Positions 36,907-45,467 of a stretch of 50,366 bases of DNA are shown piece by piece. The stretch is from an uncultured bacterium (GTDB lineage: Bacteria; Cyanobacteriota; Vampirovibrionia; Gastranaerophilales; Gastranaerophilaceae). Every line of letters starts with the position of its first letter. Position 1 is the stretch's first letter. The position numbers were made by a program, and so were the translations under genes. The stretch lies in NCBI GenBank assembly GCA_902766975.1, contig CACXFH010000099.1, positions 1-50,366 of the forward strand, written 5' to 3'. A model generated the notes under the pieces. That model was not told the origin of the DNA. It worked only from the letters and a program-made list of their open reading frames with translations, and searched no databases.

Positions 36907-38142
36907 TTATTTGAAAAGTGCTTCAAAGATTCCTTCCGAATATGTCGGATGTGGAAAGCATGTTTCTTTTAATTTATCCGTGCTTATATCGTTTTGTATG
37001 GCAATTGTCAGCTGTTGAATCAGTGAGGATGCTTCAGTACAAACAATATGGGCTCCGATTATTTTGTTATTTTGAGAAAGTATTTTTATAAAGCCGTCAG
37101 TATTCCCGTCGCAATGAGCCTTTCCAAGAGAAGAAATGAGTACTGTAGACTTTTTATAGCTCCCTTCTTCTAAATCCTGTTCTCGTTTGCCTACCCATGC
37201 AATCTCAGGTGAACCGTACACAACCGACGGGGTTAAATCCTTTCTGAATTCTGTTCCGTCAATAAATTCTATTGCTTGCTTTATACCATAGTGCGCAAGT
37301 TGAATTTCACCTGATACATCCCCAATATATGAGATTCCGTCAATTTGTTCTTTTATATTTGGGGTTCTGCCAACGGCAACCAATACAATTTCCGGTTCTG
37401 TTTCGATTGAATTTGACAGTGAAATTTTTTTGTTTTGAATATTTGTTATATATGTTCCTGTATAAAAATTTATTTTTTCGGATTTAAAAATTCGCTCAAG
37501 TCTTTTTGATACTTCCGTATCTGCAATTGGCAGCAGGTGTGGTGCCAGTTCAACAACGGTTGTTTTAACTCCGAAATTATTAAATATCCTCCCCCATTCG
37601 GTTCCGATTGCTCCCGAACCGACAATTAAAATGCTTTTTGGTAATTTTTCAAGATTTAATATGTCATCGGATGATAATATAAATTTGTGATCAAACTCAA
37701 GCCCTTTTATAATTTTGGGGCTTGAACCTGTTGCACAGATGATTTTTGTGCAGTTAAAAGAAACATTATCACAAAATATCGTATTTTTATCTTGTATTTT
37801 CGCCTCTCCATGTATAATTGTAACTTTTGCATTCTTTAGTGCAAGTTCGATTCCTTTGTGTAATGTTTCAACTGTTTTATTTTTTCTTTCAATAACTTTT
37901 GAATAATCAAGAGTAACATTGTTCGCAGTAATACCAAACTTGTCCCCGTTCAAAGTCTGCTTATAGATTTCAGATGAATGGAGGATGGATTTTGTCGGAA
38001 TACAACCTTTATTTAAACAAACTCCGCCAATTTTGTCTTTTTCAAAAAGGACTACGGACTTCCCTTGAACGCTTGCATGCAGTGCAGCCGTATAACCTGC
38101 AGGACCTGCGCCTATTATTCCTATATCAAATTTGTTATCCAT
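36907..38142 (-). CDS. Dihydrolipoyl dehydrogenase-like pyridine nucleotide-disulfide oxidoreductase
   Basis: 411-aa ORF with GAGPAGY, the redox-active GGVCLNKGCIPTK, a second Rossmann motif GSGAIGTE, and the C-terminal HPTYSE dimerisation motif. It is shorter than typical Lpd proteins (~460 aa). Confidence 0.7.
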   Translation of the reverse strand: MDNKFDIGIIGAGPAGYTAALHASVQGKSVVLFEKDKIGGVCLNKGCIPTKSILHSSEIYKQTLNGDKFGITANNVTLDYSKVIERKNKTVETLHKGIELALKNAKVTIIHGEAKIQDKNTIFCDNVSFNCTKIICATGSSPKIIKGLEFDHKFILSSDDILNLEKLPKSILIVGSGAIGTEWGRIFNNFGVKTTVVELAPHLLPIADTEVSKRLERIFKSEKINFYTGTYITNIQNKKISLSNSIETEPEIVLVAVGRTPNIKEQIDGISYIGDVSGEIQLAHYGIKQAIEFIDGTEFRKDLTPSVVYGSPEIAWVGKREQDLEEGSYKKSTVLISSLGKAHCDGNTDGFIKILSQNNKIIGAHIVCTEASSLIQQLTIAIQNDISTDKLKETCFPHPTYSEGIFEALFK

Positions 38143-38149
38143 AAAATCT

Positions 38150-38187
38150 TACCTCTTATCTTAACCTCTCCCAACAAGGGCAAGGAA
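38150..38187 (+). repeat. Degenerate copy of the GC-rich palindromic mini-element (between alr and the lpd-like gene)
   Basis: tacctcttatcttaacctctcccaacaagggcaaggaa aligns with cccctcacctgccctctccccgaaggggcgaggaa. Its minus-strand complement provides AAGAGGTAAG 5-9 nt before the ATG at 38142. Confidence 0.5.
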
Positions 38188-38190
38188 TAA

Positions 38191-39315
38191 TTAGCGTGTA
38201 TAAACCCTTGGCAATCTTACTTTTAAACGGCAAGTCAATTCATAATTGATTGTCTTGAGTATTTTTGCCCATTCATCAATTGATTTGCTTTCGTCAAGCA
38301 AAGTTATTACATCTCCGCATTTGCAATCAACCCCTGTCACGTCAAACATTATCTGATCCATAGTGATATTCCCAACCTGTGGAACTTCAACTCCGTTTAG
38401 CGTGCCTGTTATCTTATTTGAAAGTTTTCTTGGCAAACCGTCGGCATACCCTATTGGAACCGTTGCGATTGTTCTCTCCCCTTTTGCGGTATATGTATGG
38501 CAATAGCTTATTCCTTCGCCGTCTTTTGCTTTGTGAATATTTACAATGCGCCCTTTTAATGAAATCAACTGCTTTAATTTTGGCATTCTAAACTCAATCC
38601 CTTGCGGGAAATCAGGATATAACCCGTAGAGAGAAATCCCGATTCTGCACATATTTGAATTAGGCTTTTTATAGCAAATTGTACCTGCGGTATTGAGAAT
38701 ATGTAATAACAGACCGTCTGTATTGATATTGTCAATTACGCTATCCCATTTTGCGAACTGTTCTTTAGTTTTATCAAGTTCTTCCGCTGCCGCAAGATGC
38801 GTGAATATTCCTCTAAAATTGAGGTAATCAGCTTTTTGAACTTCCTTTATAAAATTGATTGCTTCATCGGCACGTACTCCGATTCTGTTCATTCCGGTGT
38901 CAATTTTTACATGAACTTTTGGTTTTACCCCTGTTCTTTCATAAATTTCTTTACAGGCTTTTAAGTGTTCTTCTGTAAAAATTGAAATACTGATATCATT
39001 TTGTATAGCGGTTTCTAATGCCCAAACAGGGACCGCCCCAAGTACTAAGATATCACATTTAATTTTTGCCTGCCTTAAATCCACCCCTTCATCAATAGAT
39101 GCAACACCAAGAATATCAACTCCGCTTGCAAGTATTGTCGGTGCAAGCATAATTGAACCATGACCGTATGCATCAGCTTTCACAACACCTAATAACTTCA
39201 TATCGGGTGCAATATTTTTTCTGATTTCTTTAATATTATGTTCAAGATTACCTATGTTTATTTCAACCCAAGCATCTCTGTGAATATTTATGTTTGTTTG
39301 TCTTGTATTACTCAT
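38191..39315 (-). CDS. alr: Alanine racemase
   Basis: 374-aa ORF with the PLP-lysine motif VVKADAYGHG and the C-terminal beta domain (PIGYADG). Confidence 0.9.
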   Translation of the reverse strand: MSNTRQTNINIHRDAWVEINIGNLEHNIKEIRKNIAPDMKLLGVVKADAYGHGSIMLAPTILASGVDILGVASIDEGVDLRQAKIKCDILVLGAVPVWALETAIQNDISISIFTEEHLKACKEIYERTGVKPKVHVKIDTGMNRIGVRADEAINFIKEVQKADYLNFRGIFTHLAAAEELDKTKEQFAKWDSVIDNINTDGLLLHILNTAGTICYKKPNSNMCRIGISLYGLYPDFPQGIEFRMPKLKQLISLKGRIVNIHKAKDGEGISYCHTYTAKGERTIATVPIGYADGLPRKLSNKITGTLNGVEVPQVGNITMDQIMFDVTGVDCKCGDVITLLDESKSIDEWAKILKTINYELTCRLKVRLPRVYTR

Positions 39316-39344
39316 AAATCAATTATAAGACAAAATAGCAAAAT

Positions 39345-40811
39345 TTATAATAATTCTCTCAGTTCTTTTTCTACTTCTTCAAACACGCTGTTCCAATCGC
39401 CGTTTTGTGGTTGTCTAAATAGTTTTATGCTGTCATACCAATCTGATTTAGAAAGATCATTGTGCCAGCGCCAATTATATACATGTGGCAGTAAAACCCA
39501 GCAGGGTTTGCACATTGCACCCGCAAGATGGGCAAGCGATGTATCGTTACAAATTATCAAATCCAAATTTTCAACAGCTCCTGCCGTCCACGAAAAATCC
39601 TTAAATGTATGCGCTAAATCAATTACATTATATTTATCTTTAATTTTCCCAAACTTTTCCGCCCCCTCAAATGTCTGGCAAGAATAAAATTGAGTATTTG
39701 GCAGTTCAAACAGTCTGAAAAAATCTTCAACATGTAAAATTCTGTCCTTATCATAATATGAATTTCCCTGCCATTTTATCCCGATTTTTAATTTATCGTT
39801 ATTGAAATAATTGTCTTTATAAAATTTCACTTTTCCTTCATCAGGTTTTAAATAGCCGTCATCATGGTGAATAAACATAGCATCTCCTGATTTCCCCAAA
39901 ACATAAGGCAGGCTCAAAAACGGCAGGTGGTAATCAAAATCCATATCCGCTTCATTTTTAAACATTCCCATAATCTCTGCACCATAAGAATTTTGTTCAA
40001 ACAACGGTTTTAATTCCTCTTGGGGTTTAAAAATAACTTTTTTACATCTTGAAACAAGTTCGCTCATAAAGCGGTAAAGCATAATAACATCCCCAAAGCC
40101 GGCTTCATAGTATGTATAAAGAGTTTTACCGGATAAATCTTCCTCCCCTGTCCAAATCGGTTTTTGTTTCATTAAATTGGGGTAAGTTTTTTCTTGAGAT
40201 ACAATTGCACTTTGTTTGCAAAGCCTTTGTTCAAAACATTTTAATCCGTCTTTATAATTTTTATCCTGCATATAAGCAAGCGACAAAAAATATGTCGTTT
40301 CCCAATCGTCAGGATGGATTTCCAAAACTTTTTTATAACATTCAATTGCTCCTTTTGTGTCGTTTTCGTTAAAACATAAATATGCAAGATTAAAATAAGA
40401 GTCAGAGCTGTCAGGCTTTAATTTTATCGCCTTATAATATGCTTCTTTTGCCTTGTCATATTGTGAGTTGTTTTTATATGCCATAGCAAGATTGAATGTA
40501 TTTTCATAGTTATCAGGATTGTTTTTTATAAGTATTTCATACAATTCAACTGCATTTTGGTAGTCTTCTTTTTGAAAATACATTTTTGCCAGATTTTCAA
40601 CATAAAAAGGCAATGGTTTTAAATCAATTGCTTTTTGTAAACATTCCAGCGCCTTATCAAACTGTCTTGCTTGAGTATATAATATTCCCAATAAATCCCA
40701 AACTTCGTGATTCTCTGGTTCCTCCGAAACGATTTGCTCATACAAATCTCTGGCTTGAGTTAACTGCCCTTTTTGGTGATATTCAAATGCCTGATTAAAT
40801 TTGTTTTGCAT
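39345..40811 (-). CDS. TPR-repeat protein fused to a glycosyltransferase family 9 (heptosyltransferase-like) domain
   Basis: 488-aa ORF with N-terminal TPRs. The C-terminus carries IGIKWQGN... and CNDTSLAHLAGAMCKPCWVLL, which resembles the GT9 nDsGpmHlAaAlg.P motif. Confidence 0.6.
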   Translation of the reverse strand: MQNKFNQAFEYHQKGQLTQARDLYEQIVSEEPENHEVWDLLGILYTQARQFDKALECLQKAIDLKPLPFYVENLAKMYFQKEDYQNAVELYEILIKNNPDNYENTFNLAMAYKNNSQYDKAKEAYYKAIKLKPDSSDSYFNLAYLCFNENDTKGAIECYKKVLEIHPDDWETTYFLSLAYMQDKNYKDGLKCFEQRLCKQSAIVSQEKTYPNLMKQKPIWTGEEDLSGKTLYTYYEAGFGDVIMLYRFMSELVSRCKKVIFKPQEELKPLFEQNSYGAEIMGMFKNEADMDFDYHLPFLSLPYVLGKSGDAMFIHHDDGYLKPDEGKVKFYKDNYFNNDKLKIGIKWQGNSYYDKDRILHVEDFFRLFELPNTQFYSCQTFEGAEKFGKIKDKYNVIDLAHTFKDFSWTAGAVENLDLIICNDTSLAHLAGAMCKPCWVLLPHVYNWRWHNDLSKSDWYDSIKLFRQPQNGDWNSVFEEVEKELRELL

Positions 40812-40816
40812 GTAAA

Positions 40817-40853
40817 GCCCCTCACCTGCCCTCTCCCCGAAGGGGCGAGGAAA
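40817..40853 (+). repeat. Compact reference copy of the GC-rich palindromic mini-element
   Basis: The sequence is gcccctcacctgccctctccccgaaggggcgaggaaa. The arms cctctcccc/ggggcgagg pair at 8 of 9 positions around the loop gaa. The minus-strand complement places GGTGAGGGG 6 nt before the ATG at 40811. Confidence 0.7.
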
Positions 40854-40863
40854 TTTAATATGC

Positions 40864-41844
40864 TTATATTTTTATTCCGATGGAGGAGAATAATCCGTTT
40901 ATATTAAATACATTATACTGAAAGATTAAACCTAAAATTGTGCCGACCAGTACAAGTATTCCTAAAATTATTAATGTATCTTTTTTGTCCCCGTTTTTGC
41001 GAAGCAAGACTAAAATTCCGAGTCCACCTGAGGTACACAAGCCCGCAATCAATGAGCCGAAACTGATTGTATTTTTAACAAACAACATTGTCAGCATAAC
41101 AGATATTGCACAATTCGGGATTAACCCTACAAGCGAAACCAAAAACGGCTGCAGCGGTGAATTCATCAGACAATATTTTGCCATAACTTCTTCTGAGCCT
41201 GCTCTTGAAAGTATAAAAGCCAAAACAACAGAAATCAAAAATATAAATACAAAAATATTTAGTGTATGTTTCAGCGGATGAATCCAAAAATCTCTTTTCC
41301 TTGTTGCATGTATCAGATGGTGATGGCAGCAACCCTCAATATCCTCCTGATGCGCATGCTCCAATACCGGCTCTTTTGCATTATATGTAATCAGCCAATC
41401 GACTATATATCCGATAAGTATGGCTACAATAATTTTTATTCCGATAATAGGCAAAATCAAAGGTGCTTTTTGCGGATATGTTAATAATACCGGAATTGCC
41501 TCATCGGAAGTAGCCAAATACACCGCTACTAACGTCCCGCGACTCAATAATCTGCGTGTGTAAACCGTACTTGCAATAACAGAAAAGCCGCACTGAGGAA
41601 TTGACGCAAATAATGAACCAAACAACGGTCCGACCTTCTTTATCCAAAATACAAACAGGTGACGTTTTTTTGCGTAATATCTTTCAATGACTTCTATAAG
41701 AACAAATATCAGGAATAAAAACGGAATCAAACCAACGCTGTCAATCAGAGCATCTTTTAAAAAATCAGGAATAAATTCAATCGGTTCTATAAGTTCTTCC
41801 GGCATATTCCATATAAATTTTAAAACTTCAACAATAGAGTTCAT
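40864..41844 (-). CDS. Polytopic membrane protein, putative 10-TM metal exporter (ArsP_2/DUF2899-like)
   Basis: 326-aa ORF with about 10 hydrophobic segments. It carries IPQCGFSVIAS, ATSDEAIP and a Cys/His-rich loop HAHQEDIEGCCHHHLIH. The family assignment is from memory. Confidence 0.45.
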   Translation of the reverse strand: MNSIVEVLKFIWNMPEELIEPIEFIPDFLKDALIDSVGLIPFLFLIFVLIEVIERYYAKKRHLFVFWIKKVGPLFGSLFASIPQCGFSVIASTVYTRRLLSRGTLVAVYLATSDEAIPVLLTYPQKAPLILPIIGIKIIVAILIGYIVDWLITYNAKEPVLEHAHQEDIEGCCHHHLIHATRKRDFWIHPLKHTLNIFVFIFLISVVLAFILSRAGSEEVMAKYCLMNSPLQPFLVSLVGLIPNCAISVMLTMLFVKNTISFGSLIAGLCTSGGLGILVLLRKNGDKKDTLIILGILVLVGTILGLIFQYNVFNINGLFSSIGIKI

Positions 41845-41854
41845 TTACATTTTC

Positions 41855-44812
41855 CTATAATTTAATATTGTTTTGAGAACAAAAATCATTTAATTTTTCT
41901 TTTTCAAAATTTAACAAATCTTTAATACACTGATTTTGAGTTTCTTTTACAATTAGTTCCATAGATTTTTCAAACATTACGGCTGCACCTCGTAAATACT
42001 CAATTTGATTTTGCGTTGCGACTTTACCTATATCCATATAGTATTTACCGTACAATAGATATAATCTTGAAAGAACATCATACATTTTACATTTTTTTGC
42101 AAGTTTCAAGCTTTCTTCAATATTTATTTTTGCGCTTGTATAATCAGCAATATTCATATAAGCTTTTGCAAGCACCAACCTTAAATTAACCGCAAAGAAA
42201 TAATTTTCAATATTGGGGTTTAGCGAAATTTCAAGAGCCTGTGAGGCTATATCAATTGCACTTTTAGAGTTTTCGGTAATAATTGTTGCATCCGCAATCA
42301 AATACCATGCAAGTAATGCCCCTAAAGCCATTTTTTCTTTAGCAAAATATGTTACCTGCTCATTGTATATCTCCAATGCATGCTGAGCTTTATTTTCATC
42401 TCTAAATACTTTCCCAAGAAGGGTCTTTAATATATTTTTGGTGAAATTATCGCCTGCGTTATTCGCAAAAGTGACAGCTTCAAACAAGTCGTTTTTTAAA
42501 TCGGTTTTATCATTTGTCAAAAATTTGTTTATTATATAAACCAAATTTAAGCGAGAAACAGAAATCTCATCCATAAAATTATCACGATAATGTGAATCAA
42601 TATCTTGTAACTGTTTCATTGATGCAGGTATATTCCCTCGCATAGTGTAAGCATAAGCCTGTACGATTTTTGCTTTTGCAATCAGTTGTTTATCATTAAT
42701 TTTATGTTTATCTATAATTGCAAATAAATTTTTTAATACCTCAAATGCTCTTTCATTCCCTTGCAAAGCCAATGCCGTTGCAAGTACAAGATAAACTTTT
42801 AGCCACGTATCAAATAACAACCCGAGCGGAAATAATTTATTCAATCTTGGCTTTGAAAGGTATTGATTTAAAACGGGTAATACATCATTATCAGCAAGTG
42901 ATATTACTTCTCCGCAATTCCCTATATCAAGGAGTGCTTGAAGTTTTGCGCTTATAATCATCGCTTTTTCAAGTTCTTGACCTTCTTTTAATTTCTTCAA
43001 TACATTATCTGCGCACTCAACATTGCCAAAGTAATTTCCTATTTTCGAACAGCATAATGCAAGGTACCCCAAAAGTTCTATTTCCTTGACTTCATCATTG
43101 TTTGCTCTTGCGTTGGAAATTGCATCCGGCAAAAATTCCAAAGCTTCATCAGGATCATATTCAGATAAAAGCTTACCTAATTTTTCGCTTATATTATATC
43201 TTATTTTTATTGTTTCAGCTTCATTAAACTCATTAAGCAAAGCTAAACACTGTTTTTGAGCAATTACATATAAATTTATATCTCCAATATATGCTGCAAG
43301 TCGTGTTGTTTTTGTCCAAATATCAAATGACATCCTTGTTTGGTGTAAATTATGGGCAATCATCGCCATTGTTGCATTTGTGTTTAAATTGAAAACGCTG
43401 ATTGCTTTGCCGATTTTTATGTTTATATCGTCAAATTCAGAATCTCTTGTAATATTTTTAAGCACTGTTTCCCACAACAGCAGATTATTAAACTCATAAT
43501 AAATATCATCAAATTTTCGAATAAATTTCGATATTTCCAAATAGTTTATAACGTCATAAAATTCGGATTCATTAAATGCAAGAATTTCCCTGATAAGATT
43601 TATATTAATTTTATCTCCTAAAATCGCAGATGTACATAAAACTTTATATGCTGTTTTATTGGATTTTTTTAGAATTCCCAACCGCTCTTTAACTAATTGC
43701 GAAAAGTCTTCGGACAATATAAAAGCCTTATCCGTAATTTTACAATCAAAGGCATAACTGATTGCTTGCTGTATGTATGCGAGGTTCCCTTTGGATTTTT
43801 CCAAAATCAGTTCCCGTTCTCTTTCGGAAATTTCAATATCTTGGTTTATGTTAAACTTAACATCTTTTTCGAATTCGGATTCCGTAACTGATTTTAAATT
43901 TATATCAACAAATGAACCTAAATTTTTATTATCCAGACCAAATAATCCGCATACAGGTTTTGGCTTGTTGTATAGAATTACAAATTTAAGATTGCTCCAG
44001 TTCTTCTCTTTTCTAATTACATTAGTGATAAATTCGGCACTGAAGCCGTCAATAAAATCAAAATTATCTATGACAAATATAAATCTTCCGCTTGAGATAA
44101 ATGCGTCAAATATTTTACCTAAAATGGAGTATGTACGCTTTTTATTAATTATGATATCTTCGTAATTGCCGTCACTAAAAGAATACATGAAATTTATTAA
44201 ATCTGATATTTCAGGCGGTTGCAGGAATTTAAATTCTTTTGAGAAAAACTCATTTGCCTGTTTTTTTAATTCGGGGGTATCAATCCCGAAATTAGGTAAA
44301 CTGAAAAGATTTAAAAGCATATCCTGAATAACTCCGCCCGGAGTTAGCTGGGTTAACGGAGTGCATTTACCAAAGCATATATTTTTATCTTCAATTTTTT
44401 TTATCCCAGAATATAAAACGGAAGTTTTACCACAACCCTTTTCTCCTGCAATTGAAATTATTTTAACATTTTTGTTTGAAAGAGCGCTTGTCAAAGTTTC
44501 TAACCCGTTTTTAAATGAGCAGAATGTTGGGGTGAAAATTAGTGAGTTACTTTTGTTTTTTGGTTTATCTTTTTTATTTTCGGCAATTCCAAAATCGGCT
44601 CCGCATTTTCTGCATTTTAGAGCTGTCGGGAAATTTACTCCATTGCATTTTTTACAAATTTTCAGTAATTCTTGACCGCATTGAGAGCATTTTAACTGCC
44701 CGACAGGATTTACATGTTTGCAATTTGTACATAAAACCCCTGTTCTTGTTTTGCAATACGGACATTTTAACGCATCATGAGCTATATTATTTTTACATAC
44801 GGGACATTTCAT
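41855..44812 (-). CDS. Triple zinc-ribbon / P-loop NTPase / helical-repeat (STAND-like) protein
   Basis: 985-aa ORF. Residues 1-72 carry three CxxC...CxxC ribbons. Walker A GEKGCGKTS lies at 44420-44446 and a Walker B-like FIFVIDNFD follows. The last ~600 aa form a helical TPR-like region. Confidence 0.7.
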   Translation of the reverse strand: MKCPVCKNNIAHDALKCPYCKTRTGVLCTNCKHVNPVGQLKCSQCGQELLKICKKCNGVNFPTALKCRKCGADFGIAENKKDKPKNKSNSLIFTPTFCSFKNGLETLTSALSNKNVKIISIAGEKGCGKTSVLYSGIKKIEDKNICFGKCTPLTQLTPGGVIQDMLLNLFSLPNFGIDTPELKKQANEFFSKEFKFLQPPEISDLINFMYSFSDGNYEDIIINKKRTYSILGKIFDAFISSGRFIFVIDNFDFIDGFSAEFITNVIRKEKNWSNLKFVILYNKPKPVCGLFGLDNKNLGSFVDINLKSVTESEFEKDVKFNINQDIEISERERELILEKSKGNLAYIQQAISYAFDCKITDKAFILSEDFSQLVKERLGILKKSNKTAYKVLCTSAILGDKININLIREILAFNESEFYDVINYLEISKFIRKFDDIYYEFNNLLLWETVLKNITRDSEFDDINIKIGKAISVFNLNTNATMAMIAHNLHQTRMSFDIWTKTTRLAAYIGDINLYVIAQKQCLALLNEFNEAETIKIRYNISEKLGKLLSEYDPDEALEFLPDAISNARANNDEVKEIELLGYLALCCSKIGNYFGNVECADNVLKKLKEGQELEKAMIISAKLQALLDIGNCGEVISLADNDVLPVLNQYLSKPRLNKLFPLGLLFDTWLKVYLVLATALALQGNERAFEVLKNLFAIIDKHKINDKQLIAKAKIVQAYAYTMRGNIPASMKQLQDIDSHYRDNFMDEISVSRLNLVYIINKFLTNDKTDLKNDLFEAVTFANNAGDNFTKNILKTLLGKVFRDENKAQHALEIYNEQVTYFAKEKMALGALLAWYLIADATIITENSKSAIDIASQALEISLNPNIENYFFAVNLRLVLAKAYMNIADYTSAKINIEESLKLAKKCKMYDVLSRLYLLYGKYYMDIGKVATQNQIEYLRGAAVMFEKSMELIVKETQNQCIKDLLNFEKEKLNDFCSQNNIKL

Positions 44813-44820
44813 AATAACAC

Positions 44821-45438
44821 TTATTGTTCATTGAGAACATTTTTTACTTTTTCAATCAAACTATATATTCTTTTTGAAACTTCGGATTGTGAAATTCCCA
44901 ATTCATGAGCAATTTCTTTCTGGGTTAATCCTTTATCATAACGAAGAATGAATATATCCATATAGCGTTCATTTGGTGCTTCCTGATTAACGCGTTCGAT
45001 TGTGTCTGCTACAAAATCTATTATTTCATTGTGAATAGCGTTTTCTTCAGGATCTATAGATATATCTAAATCTTCATATCCGATTTTTACGATACTTAAA
45101 TCAATTAGCGACGAAGGTGCAGGTGTCGGTGCAACTGTCAATTCCGCAACAGGAGCGACTGTTTCAAGCGGGACTTCGGTTGTAGTCATGTAGCCTGTTT
45201 TTGTTCTTCTTAACCTGCCGGAATCTTTCAAAACACTGAGAATAGACGTTGTTACAACTTTTCTCAAATATGCTTCCAGTGTTGCATCATTTTCTATCAC
45301 CCCAATTATAGAAGTGGAGCGACGGCATGTTTCATTCAAAAAATCATCGAACAAATCTTCATTATTTGCAAATTTGCGATCACTTTTTATTATTTTAGCT
45401 ATTAAATCTATCTTCTCTTGTGTAATTTCCACAAACAT
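44821..45438 (-). CDS. Sigma-70 family (ECF-like) sigma factor with a long inter-domain insert
   Basis: 205-aa ORF. It has a region-2-like N-terminus (EDLFDDFLNETCRR...LEAYLRKVVTTSILSVLKD) and a region-4 HTH (LTQKEIAHELGISQSEVSKRIYSLIEKV). A ~70-aa linker, including VAPVAELTVAPTPAPSS, separates them. Confidence 0.6.
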   Translation of the reverse strand: MFVEITQEKIDLIAKIIKSDRKFANNEDLFDDFLNETCRRSTSIIGVIENDATLEAYLRKVVTTSILSVLKDSGRLRRTKTGYMTTTEVPLETVAPVAELTVAPTPAPSSLIDLSIVKIGYEDLDISIDPEENAIHNEIIDFVADTIERVNQEAPNERYMDIFILRYDKGLTQKEIAHELGISQSEVSKRIYSLIEKVKNVLNEQ

Positions 45439-45467
45439 ATCCCTTTGTCATGGAAATTATATCATAT

